Both the position numbers and the translations under genes were made by a program. DNA of 64,000 nt from a virus: IMG/VR virus record IMGVR_UViG_3300045256_000753, positions 37,638-101,637 of that record. One strand, written 5' to 3'. The notes beneath the pieces are model-generated. The model had not been told where the DNA came from and did not search any database. It saw only the letters and a program-made list of their open reading frames with translations. Shown here piece by piece: positions 48,770 to 57,984 of this stretch (its first letter is position 1; every line of letters begins with the position of its first letter).

Positions 48770-49789
48770 TTACCCCGCGTGCTCTTCGATGGCCAAAACG
48801 AGAAGGCCCTCGGCAACGGCCGTCATGGGGTCCTTCGCGCTTCGGACCTCGCTGATTTGGATGGGGAAGCCCTTCTTCTTCACCGCCTCGAACTCCTCCT
48901 TGAACAGGTCGAGGAATCCGCCCGCCTTGGTGGTTCCGCCCGAGACGACGAACGGGATCGGGTTCGGCAGATCGAGCGACGTTTGGACCTTGCGGAACTG
49001 GATCGCGATGTTGTCGAGGCAGTATTTGACGAGCGACCGGATGTAGAGCGCGATGGCTTCTTCGTCGCGGTTCTTGGGGGCCATCAGATCGACGCCCTTT
49101 TCCTTGATCGCGCACATGCGGGCCGTCGTCGAGCCCATGGCCTTCGCCGCGTGCGTGTCGATCCAGTCACCCCCACGGGCGACGGAGAATTCGAGGCCGC
49201 ATACCGTCTGATAAGCGAGCGCGACGTTGCACATGCCGGAGCCGAAGCTCACCGACAGGCCCGAGAAGTTCTCTTCCGCGCACTGGCTGTAGATGATGGC
49301 CATCGCCTCGTTCATCGGATGCGGCTCGTACCCGTGCTCCGAGATGATTTTGCGGAAGACCTCGGTGTGGTAGATGACGTCCTGGTCCGGGTCATCGATC
49401 GGTGCGGCCGGAACGCTGTAGAAGCAGTGCTCCCCCTCTTTGACGGGCTTGCCGAGCACGTGCTTGACGAGGAGGCTGAGAATCTGCTGGGCCTCGATCT
49501 CGCCGGCGGCGATGACACCGCGCGAGAGCGGCCGACGCAGCTCCTTCTTGAAGAGGTTCACCATGTTGAGCGCCGAATCGCCGATGACGATCAAACGGTC
49601 GCCCTTCTCGACGTAATCGACCTTCGAGAGGCGAAGCGTCTTCTTCGCCTCCACATCGAGATCGATGAACGCATCGCGGACACGGCTGCTCACAACCTTG
49701 TCCTTCTCGTTCATGCGTGCGCTCACGATGTTCATCGTGCCCACGTCGAGTCCAACGGCTGGTTTGAATGTGATTTGATTCGCGCTCAT
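48770..49789 (-). CDS. Actin-like ATPase (MreB/ParM superfamily)
   Basis: Phosphate-1 GLDVGT, connect NEAMA, phosphate-2 SFGSGMCN, adenosine VSGGTT and terminal PMTAVAEG. Confidence 0.85.
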   Translation of the reverse strand: MSANQITFKPAVGLDVGTMNIVSARMNEKDKVVSSRVRDAFIDLDVEAKKTLRLSKVDYVEKGDRLIVIGDSALNMVNLFKKELRRPLSRGVIAAGEIEAQQILSLLVKHVLGKPVKEGEHCFYSVPAAPIDDPDQDVIYHTEVFRKIISEHGYEPHPMNEAMAIIYSQCAEENFSGLSVSFGSGMCNVALAYQTVCGLEFSVARGGDWIDTHAAKAMGSTTARMCAIKEKGVDLMAPKNRDEEAIALYIRSLVKYCLDNIAIQFRKVQTSLDLPNPIPFVVSGGTTKAGGFLDLFKEEFEAVKKKGFPIQISEVRSAKDPMTAVAEGLLVLAIEEHAG

Positions 49790-49828
49790 TTGGGTCCTCT
49801 ATTCATCTTGGGGTCTGAGACCCCTTGT

Positions 49829-50620
49829 TCATTTGCGACGGTCGTAGCCGACTTTCGTCTGTGCTCTTTGGCGGAGCAGATAGACGAATTCCTCATGCTT
49901 GTCGGCGACGTCCTGAAGTAGGTTGTCGGTCCCGTTGCTCAGCATCGCTGTCGCTTCGAGCGACTTGTATGCGAGCCCCAAGATGGACAGCAGGTAAAGC
50001 TCCGTGAGGAAGCTGGTGACCGCGTACTGGTCCGGTCCGGGATCGGTCTGGATGTCCCCGCTGAAAAACTTGACGAGGGCTCCGACCTGCGAAGCTTGAA
50101 CGACCGGGTGCACCAGCAGACGGTGACCGGCGCCCACTGCACGCTCGGCGACGCGATCGATCAGATCCAGCGAATCGTTGTACAGGCGCTCGTAGAGCAG
50201 GTGGTCGCCGTAGAACGTATCGCCTCTTGTCTGCCAGTGGTGTGACTGGTGGACCATTGCCGCTGCGCGCATGCTCGCAACAAGGACACCGAGTTCTGCC
50301 ATCGCGATGTTCTGGTAGTCCCCAAGAAGGGTGAGGAACATCTGTTCGATCGGAGAGGCATTTGCGACCTTTTCGACGAGGGACTTGATTTCGGCTTTCG
50401 AAGAGCGGGCGAGTCGAACCTTCGGCTCGGGAAGGTACGGCGGACCCATGCTCATGTGGTCGTACGTCGTCGGATCGTGCCAGAGCGCGTAGATCGACTC
50501 GGCATGCAAGCCCGAATAGGGGTCCACGGTGTTGGAGGGGGCCTCTTCTTGGGCCTCTTCGTCCGGATCGGCCTCTTCTTCGGCCCCTTCCAGCTCCAAT
50601 TCGTCGAGTTCTTCGGGCAT
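49829..50620 (-). CDS. Dps/ferritin-like protein with acidic N-terminal extension
   Basis: HHWQTRGDTFYGDHLLYERLY...IDRVAER and final HEEFVYLL match the Dps ferroxidase helices. Confidence 0.8.
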   Translation of the reverse strand: MPEELDELELEGAEEEADPDEEAQEEAPSNTVDPYSGLHAESIYALWHDPTTYDHMSMGPPYLPEPKVRLARSSKAEIKSLVEKVANASPIEQMFLTLLGDYQNIAMAELGVLVASMRAAAMVHQSHHWQTRGDTFYGDHLLYERLYNDSLDLIDRVAERAVGAGHRLLVHPVVQASQVGALVKFFSGDIQTDPGPDQYAVTSFLTELYLLSILGLAYKSLEATAMLSNGTDNLLQDVADKHEEFVYLLRQRAQTKVGYDRRK

Positions 50621-50652
50621 GGGTTCCCTACAGGCCCCAGCCGGAAAGAACT

Positions 50653-51264
50653 TTATTTGTCCCCACCCTTACGAAGCTTCCGAAGGCGCCCAGCCGCGTC
50701 GGAAAGGCCTGAATCGTCCGCCTCTTGCGCAACCACGTCGATTCGGGCCGAAGCGTCTTTCGGAGCGATCTCGGACGGGATGAACTGGGGTGCCGCGCCG
50801 TCCGCAATCTCGTCGGTAGGCCGCACCACGGCGCCCGGGACCCCGCCCTGTACGATGACGGGCACGCTTTTGACCTTCTCAATCGCGCTCAGAATCGAAT
50901 CGAGGCGGTCTTGCTGTGAGAGCGCCGTTTGCAGGGCACTTTGCAAACCGTCGCGATCCTTCCGAAGTGCCTCGTTCTCGGCTTCGAGTTGTTTGACCCG
51001 CTGGTCGAGAAACTGGACCCGCGCTTGGAGGACATCATCCTGAACGGCCGTGGGTGGGGTCGGGTAGCGCTGCGGAAGGGCCGTTCCGAAATGTCCGGGA
51101 ACGCGGACGATGAGTTTCTGCCCGATCGCACGCCAGAGATCCTTTGATCGTGCCGCTTGGAGACCGGGGATGGTCACGACCTGGCCGAAAGGAACATCCA
51201 TCTGAATGTCTTCGAGGAGGTGTGTACCGGCCACGAGTCCGTACACGAAGATGTCGTCACTCAT
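50653..51264 (-). CDS. Hypothetical coiled-coil protein (203 aa)
   Basis: Start reassigned to MSDDIF (ATGA overlap with the upstream stop). Confidence 0.6.
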   Translation of the reverse strand: MSDDIFVYGLVAGTHLLEDIQMDVPFGQVVTIPGLQAARSKDLWRAIGQKLIVRVPGHFGTALPQRYPTPPTAVQDDVLQARVQFLDQRVKQLEAENEALRKDRDGLQSALQTALSQQDRLDSILSAIEKVKSVPVIVQGGVPGAVVRPTDEIADGAAPQFIPSEIAPKDASARIDVVAQEADDSGLSDAAGRLRKLRKGGDK

Positions 51265-51782
51265 CGAACTCTCCGGGAAGCTGCTTTGACAAAGCGTTCG
51301 CGCACGTGGTCCTTCAACTCTTGAACGAGCTGCTTCTTGATGTACTCGCGCGTCTCCTTCTTCGCCTTCGTCAAGAAGTCGGAAGGATCTCGCCCGGGGT
51401 GCCACCACCGCCCGTTCATCATCGAGCGCGGCGAGGCTTTGCGGAAAATGAGCTTGCCGCTGTCAAGAACGATCGGGATCGGTCGCTTTGCTTTCGTCAG
51501 CCAGGTCATCTGCTGACGACGTTGCCCTTCAACAAGGGGCCGGAAGGCAGGATGGTTTGCCACGATCTGCAAGCTCGACGGCTTGATGCGGACCGTGAGC
51601 GATCGTTGAAGCGCGGCCTTGGCCTCGGGCGAAAAGGGCGTTTGAAGGAGCTGCGCTCGGAGGCGCCGGATCAAGTTCCGCTTCGTGCGGTTCAGGATCT
51701 GCTCTATCGAAAAGTGGCGAAGAATGCCGCGCGGCAAAAGCGGCCGTGCGTAAATGCGGTTGGAGACGTACCCCTGCGACAT
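51261..51782 (-). CDS. Basic neck/tail-completion protein (HK97 gp10-like)
   Basis: LVEG...IFRKA...WWHPG...FLTKA pattern; follows the head-closure gene. Confidence 0.5.
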   Translation of the reverse strand: MSQGYVSNRIYARPLLPRGILRHFSIEQILNRTKRNLIRRLRAQLLQTPFSPEAKAALQRSLTVRIKPSSLQIVANHPAFRPLVEGQRRQQMTWLTKAKRPIPIVLDSGKLIFRKASPRSMMNGRWWHPGRDPSDFLTKAKKETREYIKKQLVQELKDHVRERFVKAASRRVR

Positions 51783-53137
51783 CAGTATTCGATGTTCTCC
51801 CAGACCTTGGTGCGGCCACGGAGCTGCCGTTCCTCAGGGATGCTGGGGTTGTTGGTGATCTCGGACGAGGCCTCTTGTTCGGGGCCGCTCGGTGCGAATT
51901 CCAACGCCACTGCGCGCGTCGGATTGGACATCGGCACGCGGTAACGGATGTCTTTCTCGTCGATGTGACCGATCGTGAAATGCTGCTGGAGGACGGCGCC
52001 GCGATTCTGCGGGAATCGCACGGCGCTGACCGAGTAGCGGTCGCCGTTGATCTTCACCAGGAAGTCGCGCATCGACATGATGGGCGCCGGTCCGGTCCAC
52101 ACTTCGTAGTTGTGCGTGGCGGTGCGTCCGATGTTCGATTGTGAGATGCGGCGCTCCGCATCATCCGGTGCGACGATCGCATCGTACGGCCCGTCGTACC
52201 CGCCAACGAAGCTCGTTCCGAAGCAAATGTGGCAGTCGCTGATGGGCTGACCGTGGTAGTCGTCCGGAATGCACGGACACGAAATGCCAGCATGCTTCTG
52301 GAGGAAGATCTTCACGCGCTCGCCGCCCTGTTCCAGAATCCAGCGGTTGCGGCGAATCGCTTCCTTCCAGATGTAGTCGAGCTTCTCGATCTCCATCGTG
52401 CTCGTCGCGGTGGCCTTCTCGATCGGCGTCTCGACGAAATCCTCCGATGAAGCCGTCGCGATGTTGCAGCCGATCGGAATCCCGACCGTCGTCACGCGGT
52501 AGAAGATTCGCTGCATCAGGTCGGTTCGAATGAGCTTGCGCGTGAAGCGATAGACGCACGTCACACGGCTTTGAGGCTGCGGAACCAGGGAAGGATCCCA
52601 CGCTTGCTTCGCAACGTCCACGTACACGAACGGGTCGATCTCGATCTCGCCCGTCGATCCGTAGACGTGAAGGACACGCGCGGGCCTGCCATCGATGAAG
52701 ACGTGGACGTCATCGGGGCTGTCCGCGTTGACCTTCTGCGAGCCCTCTTTGACGATGGGGAAGTTCTGCGTCTTGAAGACGTATCGAGGCGCGTTCGAGC
52801 CAGAGGCCGTGCAGTCGCCGAAGAGCACGAATTGCCCGGTGACGTCCTCCTCGACAAGCTCGTTGTCGGTTCGATCTCTCCAGAACCGGGCTCCGACGAG
52901 CGTGTCCGTCACGCGTTCGAAAGGGCCGAACTCGCTGTCGAAGCTCCGGTAGATGTTGACGCCCACCAATCGGAATCGACTGTTGATGGCAAGCTCGGTC
53001 GGATCGTCCCACGTGAGGTCGATCACTCCCGGCTCGAAGCCGCTCGTCATGAACAGGTTGAGCGGGGGCGCCGGCCAGGGCGCTTTCGTCAGCTCCAGCT
53101 CTGTCGTTTGACGGTCGCGATTAGATGCGTACGGCAT
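51782..53137 (-). CDS. Neck/head-closure protein with FN3-like N-terminus and Cys cluster
   Basis: EQGGERVKIF...CPC...CHICFGTSFVGGY...RDFLV...DRYSV; IDLTW..NIYRS..FYRVT FN3 signature. Confidence 0.6.
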   Translation of the reverse strand: MPYASNRDRQTTELELTKAPWPAPPLNLFMTSGFEPGVIDLTWDDPTELAINSRFRLVGVNIYRSFDSEFGPFERVTDTLVGARFWRDRTDNELVEEDVTGQFVLFGDCTASGSNAPRYVFKTQNFPIVKEGSQKVNADSPDDVHVFIDGRPARVLHVYGSTGEIEIDPFVYVDVAKQAWDPSLVPQPQSRVTCVYRFTRKLIRTDLMQRIFYRVTTVGIPIGCNIATASSEDFVETPIEKATATSTMEIEKLDYIWKEAIRRNRWILEQGGERVKIFLQKHAGISCPCIPDDYHGQPISDCHICFGTSFVGGYDGPYDAIVAPDDAERRISQSNIGRTATHNYEVWTGPAPIMSMRDFLVKINGDRYSVSAVRFPQNRGAVLQQHFTIGHIDEKDIRYRVPMSNPTRAVALEFAPSGPEQEASSEITNNPSIPEERQLRGRTKVWENIEY

Positions 53138-53186
53138 GCACCTTTCCCATGGACCGATCCCATAAAGGGAAAGTGCGGCTTACGGC

Positions 53187-53543
53187 TCAACCCGTTGATC
53201 CGCCTTGGGTATCCGCTGGCGGCGTCGCCGGAGCGGTCGGAGGCTTCGCCGGCTGCTCGATGGGGCCGATGAGGGTGATGAGGCCGGTCTGCGCGTTGAT
53301 GTTGGCCGGAGTGTTGGGAGCAAGACCGCGCTCCATGAGGCATCGCTCGAAGAGGCGGTACCGCTCTTCATCGACCTTGCGGGCTGCCGCAAGAAGTTTG
53401 ATCTCCTCGTTTTTGATGTCGAGAAGCTGGTTGCCGATTTCCGAGCGGACGCCCTCCAGCTCCCCGAGCTTGTCGAGGGTCTCTTTGCCGACCGGATCGT
53501 TCAAGGTCAGCTTCGTCGTTGTCGTGTTCGATTCAGATCCCAT
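53187..53543 (-). CDS. Hypothetical coiled-coil protein
   Basis: GGGAG RBS before MGSE; exact start uncertain. Confidence 0.55.
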   Translation of the reverse strand: MGSESNTTTTKLTLNDPVGKETLDKLGELEGVRSEIGNQLLDIKNEEIKLLAAARKVDEERYRLFERCLMERGLAPNTPANINAQTGLITLIGPIEQPAKPPTAPATPPADTQGGSTG

Positions 53544-53591
53544 TTGCATCTCCCGTGTGTTGGGTCGCAAACGGGCTACACCACAAGAGCT

Positions 53592-53951
53592 TCACTTCGG
53601 CTCGGGTTCGTACTTTCTCGCCAGGCAGCGAAGAAAAACCTCGAACAGCATCGGATCGATGTCGTGCTTCTTCAAGCGCGCCCGCCGCACCGCCTCACCC
53701 TGTGAATCCGGGCAGGCCGCGTCGTGGTGATCCAAGCGCTTCCGGCAATACTGGCACCGCTCGACCTTGATGCCTTCGCTGGTGCGTTCGTTCCGCGTCT
53801 TCTTGCGACGCGCGATCATCATGCTCAACGGATTCGGGCGATTCTGCCAGTCCGCACACGACTCCCTGTGGTGCTTCATCTGCGAATACTTGTCGCAGGT
53901 GAACCCGCAAAGGCAGGGATGAATGCGCGGCTCTGCCGCATCGATCGTCAT
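53592..53951 (-). CDS. Cys/His-rich zinc-finger protein (119 aa)
   Basis: CLCG...HRESC and CQYC...HDAAC motifs. Confidence 0.6.
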   Translation of the reverse strand: MTIDAAEPRIHPCLCGFTCDKYSQMKHHRESCADWQNRPNPLSMMIARRKKTRNERTSEGIKVERCQYCRKRLDHHDAACPDSQGEAVRRARLKKHDIDPMLFEVFLRCLARKYEPEPK

Positions 53952-54091
53952 TGGGAACCGCCGCTCAGATGACTTGCTCGGGTCTCATCACATAGGATTT
54001 ACACCAACGGATTACCGTTCCAGACACCACGGTACAGCTCACAGGGCGCCCGTTATACCGTAACGATCCCGCTATGTTATGAACGACTATT

Positions 54092-54988
54092 TTAGAAGCC
54101 CACGAACTTCCGAGGGCTCAAAACGCCTCGGCCGACGAAGGGACCGAAGGCTGAGCGAATGCCCGTGCCGAACTTCGGCTGCTGGAGGCCGCGAACGAAG
54201 TTGACCGTCGCTTTGGCCTTTTCGAGCTGCTTGTCGAACTGTTCGCTCGACGCAGTGTAGGCCGCTTCGTATTTGGTGGCCTTGTCCAAATTGAGGGACA
54301 CGCCACCGATCGAGTATTCGAATTCGTCGGCGACCCAGTTGATCCGAAGCGCTTGTAGCGCGTGGAGCATCGCGCCCGTCAGAAGAACCGTCGTCCATTC
54401 ACGGCGCATCTGGATCATCTGCTCGACGTTCGAAAACGGCGTGCGCGGCGGGTACGCGATGATCATGTCGAGAGCGCGTTGGATGTATTCGTCGAGTTCT
54501 CCGTCTTCCCAGATGAAGCCGAAGACGCGATTGAATTGGCCGACCGTTTCTTCGTGCGCCGGCGGACGGAAGTGGTAGTTCCGGTCCGGGTTGTTGTCGC
54601 GGAGAAGGATTCGCAAGCGCCGGATCAGGTCCTGCACGATGTCGCTCGTGAAGTGCTGCGCCGTATCCACGGTCATCTTGTCCGAGACCGCGAACTCCTG
54701 AACGACTTCTTGCTTGGGACCCCCAACGACTTCCTGGAACGTCCAGCGAATGCGATACGTCCCCATGTTGGCATCGAGGGGGATGATGATGCTTGCGTAG
54801 TATTCGCCGATGCTAGGATTTGCCGGGATGCGGAACGGAGAGCCAACGACCGCTTCGACGCCGGTCGTGTAATCGTAGATCGCGTACGTGATCGAGGAGG
54901 CGTTCGTTGGCCTGTCCGCCGAGTTCGTCAGCAGAATGAACAGGTCGTTTCGACCGAGCTGTTGTCCGCGAAAGAATTGGACCGCCAT
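54092..54988 (-). CDS. Head-tail adaptor-like protein with N-terminal Ig-like domain
   Basis: LIRRLRILLRD...WEDGELDEYI...YSIGGVSLNLDK adaptor-type pattern. Confidence 0.6.
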   Translation of the reverse strand: MAVQFFRGQQLGRNDLFILLTNSADRPTNASSITYAIYDYTTGVEAVVGSPFRIPANPSIGEYYASIIIPLDANMGTYRIRWTFQEVVGGPKQEVVQEFAVSDKMTVDTAQHFTSDIVQDLIRRLRILLRDNNPDRNYHFRPPAHEETVGQFNRVFGFIWEDGELDEYIQRALDMIIAYPPRTPFSNVEQMIQMRREWTTVLLTGAMLHALQALRINWVADEFEYSIGGVSLNLDKATKYEAAYTASSEQFDKQLEKAKATVNFVRGLQQPKFGTGIRSAFGPFVGRGVLSPRKFVGF

Positions 54989-54989
54989 G

Positions 54990-55583
54990 TCACGCCTTGA
55001 GGATGTTAGCCATCACGGCCACCGTGTGCATGAGCGCACCGTAGAGTTTGGCCATGTGGGTCGAGATGAAGTGGACGTCGAGATCGGTGATCGTATCGAG
55101 GCCTTTGTTCGCGGTGATGGCTTTCAACTCGGTGAGTTCCTTCTCGGCCCGTCCCGCTGACTCACCGGCGAACTGCACCCAATGATGTTCGGCCACTCCA
55201 AGCTTCTTCGACTTGGCCGTGCGTTCGAGGAGCTTGACCTCTTCGATGACGGTATCGGCGGCGCCCATCAACTGCGCGCGGGCAAGAATGATGAACTTGT
55301 CCTTCACCTCGCGAATCTTGGCCGGGTCTGCGCGGTGATCGGCTCGCAGGCGATCCCATTGCCCGAAGAGGCGCTGCCCCGTCTTGAGCGCCTTTTCGGC
55401 TTTCTCGCGAGCTTGATGAACAGCCCGGTAGGCACGCGGATCGGCGAGGAGCTTCTCTTCTTGGGGTTGGGGGTCGAGTCCGAGCTTGTACGACGTTTCG
55501 AAGGCGTACCGATCCGCCACCCGCTTCGCGAGTTGTTGCGCGGCGTACTTGGCCGCAACACGGAGGGCGGAAAGGCTTGCCAT
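54990..55583 (-). CDS. Hypothetical helical protein with RVA-x-(K/R)-Y motifs
   Basis: Start reassigned to MASLSALRVAAKY, 2 nt past the upstream stop. Confidence 0.6.
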   Translation of the reverse strand: MASLSALRVAAKYAAQQLAKRVADRYAFETSYKLGLDPQPQEEKLLADPRAYRAVHQAREKAEKALKTGQRLFGQWDRLRADHRADPAKIREVKDKFIILARAQLMGAADTVIEEVKLLERTAKSKKLGVAEHHWVQFAGESAGRAEKELTELKAITANKGLDTITDLDVHFISTHMAKLYGALMHTVAVMANILKA

Positions 55584-55585
55584 GG

Positions 55586-55768
55586 TCACTTGTGCGATTC
55601 GTAACCCTGGTTCTTCATCCACCAGGCGAGCGCCCAGGGATTTTCGACTTTGCCCTCGTCCTTCATTTCTTTGACGGTGTTCTCCCAGCCAGGAGGAGCA
55701 ACCGCGACGGGCTCCTTCTTTTGGTCTTGGGCGTACCGTAGAGCTACTTTCTTTGCGAGCGGGTCCAT
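55586..55768 (-). CDS. Small protein with KVALRY and NPWALAW motifs (60 aa)
   Basis: GGAG RBS; tight packing with neighbours. Confidence 0.65.
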   Translation of the reverse strand: MDPLAKKVALRYAQDQKKEPVAVAPPGWENTVKEMKDEGKVENPWALAWWMKNQGYESHK

Positions 55769-55777
55769 CGTCTCTCC

Positions 55778-56683
55778 TCAGGTGTCGTCACCCCATCCGT
55801 ACTTGCACTTGCGCTGCGTGATGTCGTGCGGATCGTGGGCCAAGACGGTATCAAGGACCCTGAACTGCCCGATCACTTCAATAATCGGCTCACCATAACT
55901 TCTTTGGTAGCGCCAGCGAACGGCCCAAAAGCAGCCCGGTTGGCCGCCTTCCCCTGCCGTCCCGGTGACGTAGTAGCGGCCGGTCGAGGCCCTGGCCGGC
56001 TTGTGGTCTTCCGGTCCCACGGGGAGGAGCACCCCTGTCGGGGCAGCCATCAACATCGTGTACCCGATGAAGACCGGATCGCGTCGATTGCCGAAACGGT
56101 CCTCAAGGAGGATCTCGATGTCTCCCTGTTGGAAGACGTCGCGCCAACGGAAGCTCGGCATCTTGCACGGGCCGTCATGGCCTCGGACATCCCTCTGGGT
56201 ACGGTTCTCGAAGCGAATCTTGTGGTGATGATGCCTATCTCGCCGATGGTGTTCGTGCCTCCACCGACACTGTTGGCAGACGCGCCAATCGCGTGATGGG
56301 TCGCACCCACGGAAGAATCTTCGGTGCACCTCTTCACACTCGTCGCACGGATGTCTTTCGCATGCGCACGCAGGATTGCACGGCGGCGTCGGGACTTTCA
56401 GAACCTCGACGAAAGCGGAGATCTCTCCTTGCCCGAAGATCTGTTCCGGGACCGACACCTGGAATCGGCCGCCGCCCGAGGCTTGCCCAAAAAGACCGAC
56501 TTCCCTGACCGGCGTTCCAGCCAAGATGCCGGCGCCAGTCGCGTGGCCGCTGAGTGTGATGAGGAGTCCGTCCGAGAGCGTACCAGCGCCCTGCGGTTGT
56601 GCAGAGAAGATGAGGACGCGATAGGGAGTCGCCGAGGCGGACCCGCCGCCTGCCGCATGACCGCTAAGATCGAAGAGGGTCAT
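55778..56683 (-). CDS. Virion protein: Gly repeats, Cys/His-rich insert, Ig-like domain
   Basis: LSGHA.G.G repeats; CNPACAC...HHHH; C-terminus similar to the N-terminus of 54092-54988. Confidence 0.6.
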   Translation of the reverse strand: MTLFDLSGHAAGGGSASATPYRVLIFSAQPQGAGTLSDGLLITLSGHATGAGILAGTPVREVGLFGQASGGGRFQVSVPEQIFGQGEISAFVEVLKVPTPPCNPACACERHPCDECEEVHRRFFRGCDPSRDWRVCQQCRWRHEHHRRDRHHHHKIRFENRTQRDVRGHDGPCKMPSFRWRDVFQQGDIEILLEDRFGNRRDPVFIGYTMLMAAPTGVLLPVGPEDHKPARASTGRYYVTGTAGEGGQPGCFWAVRWRYQRSYGEPIIEVIGQFRVLDTVLAHDPHDITQRKCKYGWGDDT

Positions 56684-56695
56684 GGAACCCTCCCA

Positions 56696-57079
56696 TCATG
56701 TCTCGGAGACGAGGAGCTGCCCTGTGGGGAATCGGACTTGATCGTTCGTCAAGACGGTTCGCGACGTGCTGAGGTTCGCGAAGTAGAGCAGGTTGCCGCC
56801 GCTCGGTTGATCGTGGAGAGCAAAGGCGACGACCGTTCCGTAATCCGCTGAAGCGACCGCAAAGTTCACATCCACGTTGTTCGAGCAAAGGCCGTTGACG
56901 GGGACCGTGAACGTGACTGCCTGCCGAGCGTACCCGCCGCCCGTGACTTCCGTTCCACCACCCCCAACGCCGGGCGACACCGTGTAGAGCGCCACGTAGA
57001 CGGTGACCGGAGGCGTGAACACCTGCTGGCGCAGAATGATGCCCAAGAAGGTGTTGTCGAGGTACGTGCTCTTCGGCAT
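56696..57079 (-). CDS. Small phage virion/fibre subunit, paralog A
   Basis: STYLDN...VYVALYT...GTEVTGGGYARQAVTF...GGNLLY, a widespread phage structural family. Confidence 0.7.
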   Translation of the reverse strand: MPKSTYLDNTFLGIILRQQVFTPPVTVYVALYTVSPGVGGGGTEVTGGGYARQAVTFTVPVNGLCSNNVDVNFAVASADYGTVVAFALHDQPSGGNLLYFANLSTSRTVLTNDQVRFPTGQLLVSET

Positions 57080-57086
57080 GGTGGAC

Positions 57087-57485
57087 TCAGCAACGCGGTT
57101 TGATAAATGAAGCACTGAGGCTCGAATCGATGAGCGGCGCCTCGCTCTTCACGTCGTACCCAAGAGCCACGGTCTGCTGGCCAGCCGCGTAGTTGAGCAC
57201 GAGGCGCCAGAAGCCAACCCCGCTGGGTCGCCATCGGACGCTGTAGTAGCCCGGGGCCCCGGCGATCTCGTTGAAGTAAACGCTCCCCGAGACGACTTGT
57301 GCGTCCGTGATCCCTTGCCCATTGATGAGCGGCCAGCTTTGAAGCTGGTTGTTGAAGAAGACCTTGAGGGAGAGTTGCGGAACGGTGATGCCGACGATGC
57401 GGGTGAACACGTCCCCCGCAAGAAAATCAACCTGGTCGTCGATTTCCTCGTTGTTCTGAACAAGTCGCCAAAGCGACGTGAGCAT
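57087..57485 (-). CDS. Ig-like hypothetical virion protein (132 aa)
   Basis: EIAGAPGYYSVRWRP..VGFWRL pattern. Confidence 0.6.
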   Translation of the reverse strand: MLTSLWRLVQNNEEIDDQVDFLAGDVFTRIVGITVPQLSLKVFFNNQLQSWPLINGQGITDAQVVSGSVYFNEIAGAPGYYSVRWRPSGVGFWRLVLNYAAGQQTVALGYDVKSEAPLIDSSLSASFIKPRC

Positions 57486-57667
57486 CAGCGCTCCTGACCC
57501 TTGTCAAAGGGCAGTTCCTGTTGAACGGGCTCCGGAGGAGGCGACGGCGGACGGGGACCCGATCCGCCCCGTCCCGTGAGAGTCGCTCGAACTTGCATGC
57601 AGACTCCGGCCCTTGCCTCGGCCGACGAGGACCCCTCCAGATGCGCGCTCATCTCGATGATGGCCAT
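57485..57667 (-). CDS. Small protein with L-x-G-x-S repeats (60 aa)
   Basis: MAIIEMSAHLEGSSS; fits exactly between its neighbours. Confidence 0.45.
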   Translation of the reverse strand: MAIIEMSAHLEGSSSAEARAGVCMQVRATLTGRGGSGPRPPSPPPEPVQQELPFDKGQER

Positions 57668-57668
57668 G

Positions 57669-57965
57669 TCACCCTTCGTTGGGAATGCCGCCGCCCTGTG
57701 TGTTCGGAGGCTTGCGGCCTGGAACCCCAACTTGGAAGCTGTGGGTCACCGGAGCCGGAATGGTTCGGACCGTGGGAACCGAGGATCCTCGAACCGCCGC
57801 AGGAACCTGCGTCGGCTTGAAGAGGGACTTGATCGTCACGAGCGACAGATCGAGGAAGAGGATCGAGCCGCCAACGATCGATGTGGATGCGTGATCCACA
57901 TCGTTGGCTGTTGCCGTTACGGACGAGTTTCCAGCGAGTGTAGCGCTTGCCGATTGAACGGGCAT
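57669..57965 (-). CDS. Small protein with L-x-G-x-S repeats (98 aa)
   Basis: GGAGG RBS; SATLAGNSSVTA and TSIVGGS repeats. Confidence 0.55.
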   Translation of the reverse strand: MPVQSASATLAGNSSVTATANDVDHASTSIVGGSILFLDLSLVTIKSLFKPTQVPAAVRGSSVPTVRTIPAPVTHSFQVGVPGRKPPNTQGGGIPNEG

Positions 57966-57984
57966 GGGGACTTACCTCCCCCGC

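Noticed and set aside
53952-54091. AT-rich gap with small hairpins, considered as a tRNA/ncRNA or origin
   Set aside because: No cloverleaf or iterons seen; best explained as promoter DNA.
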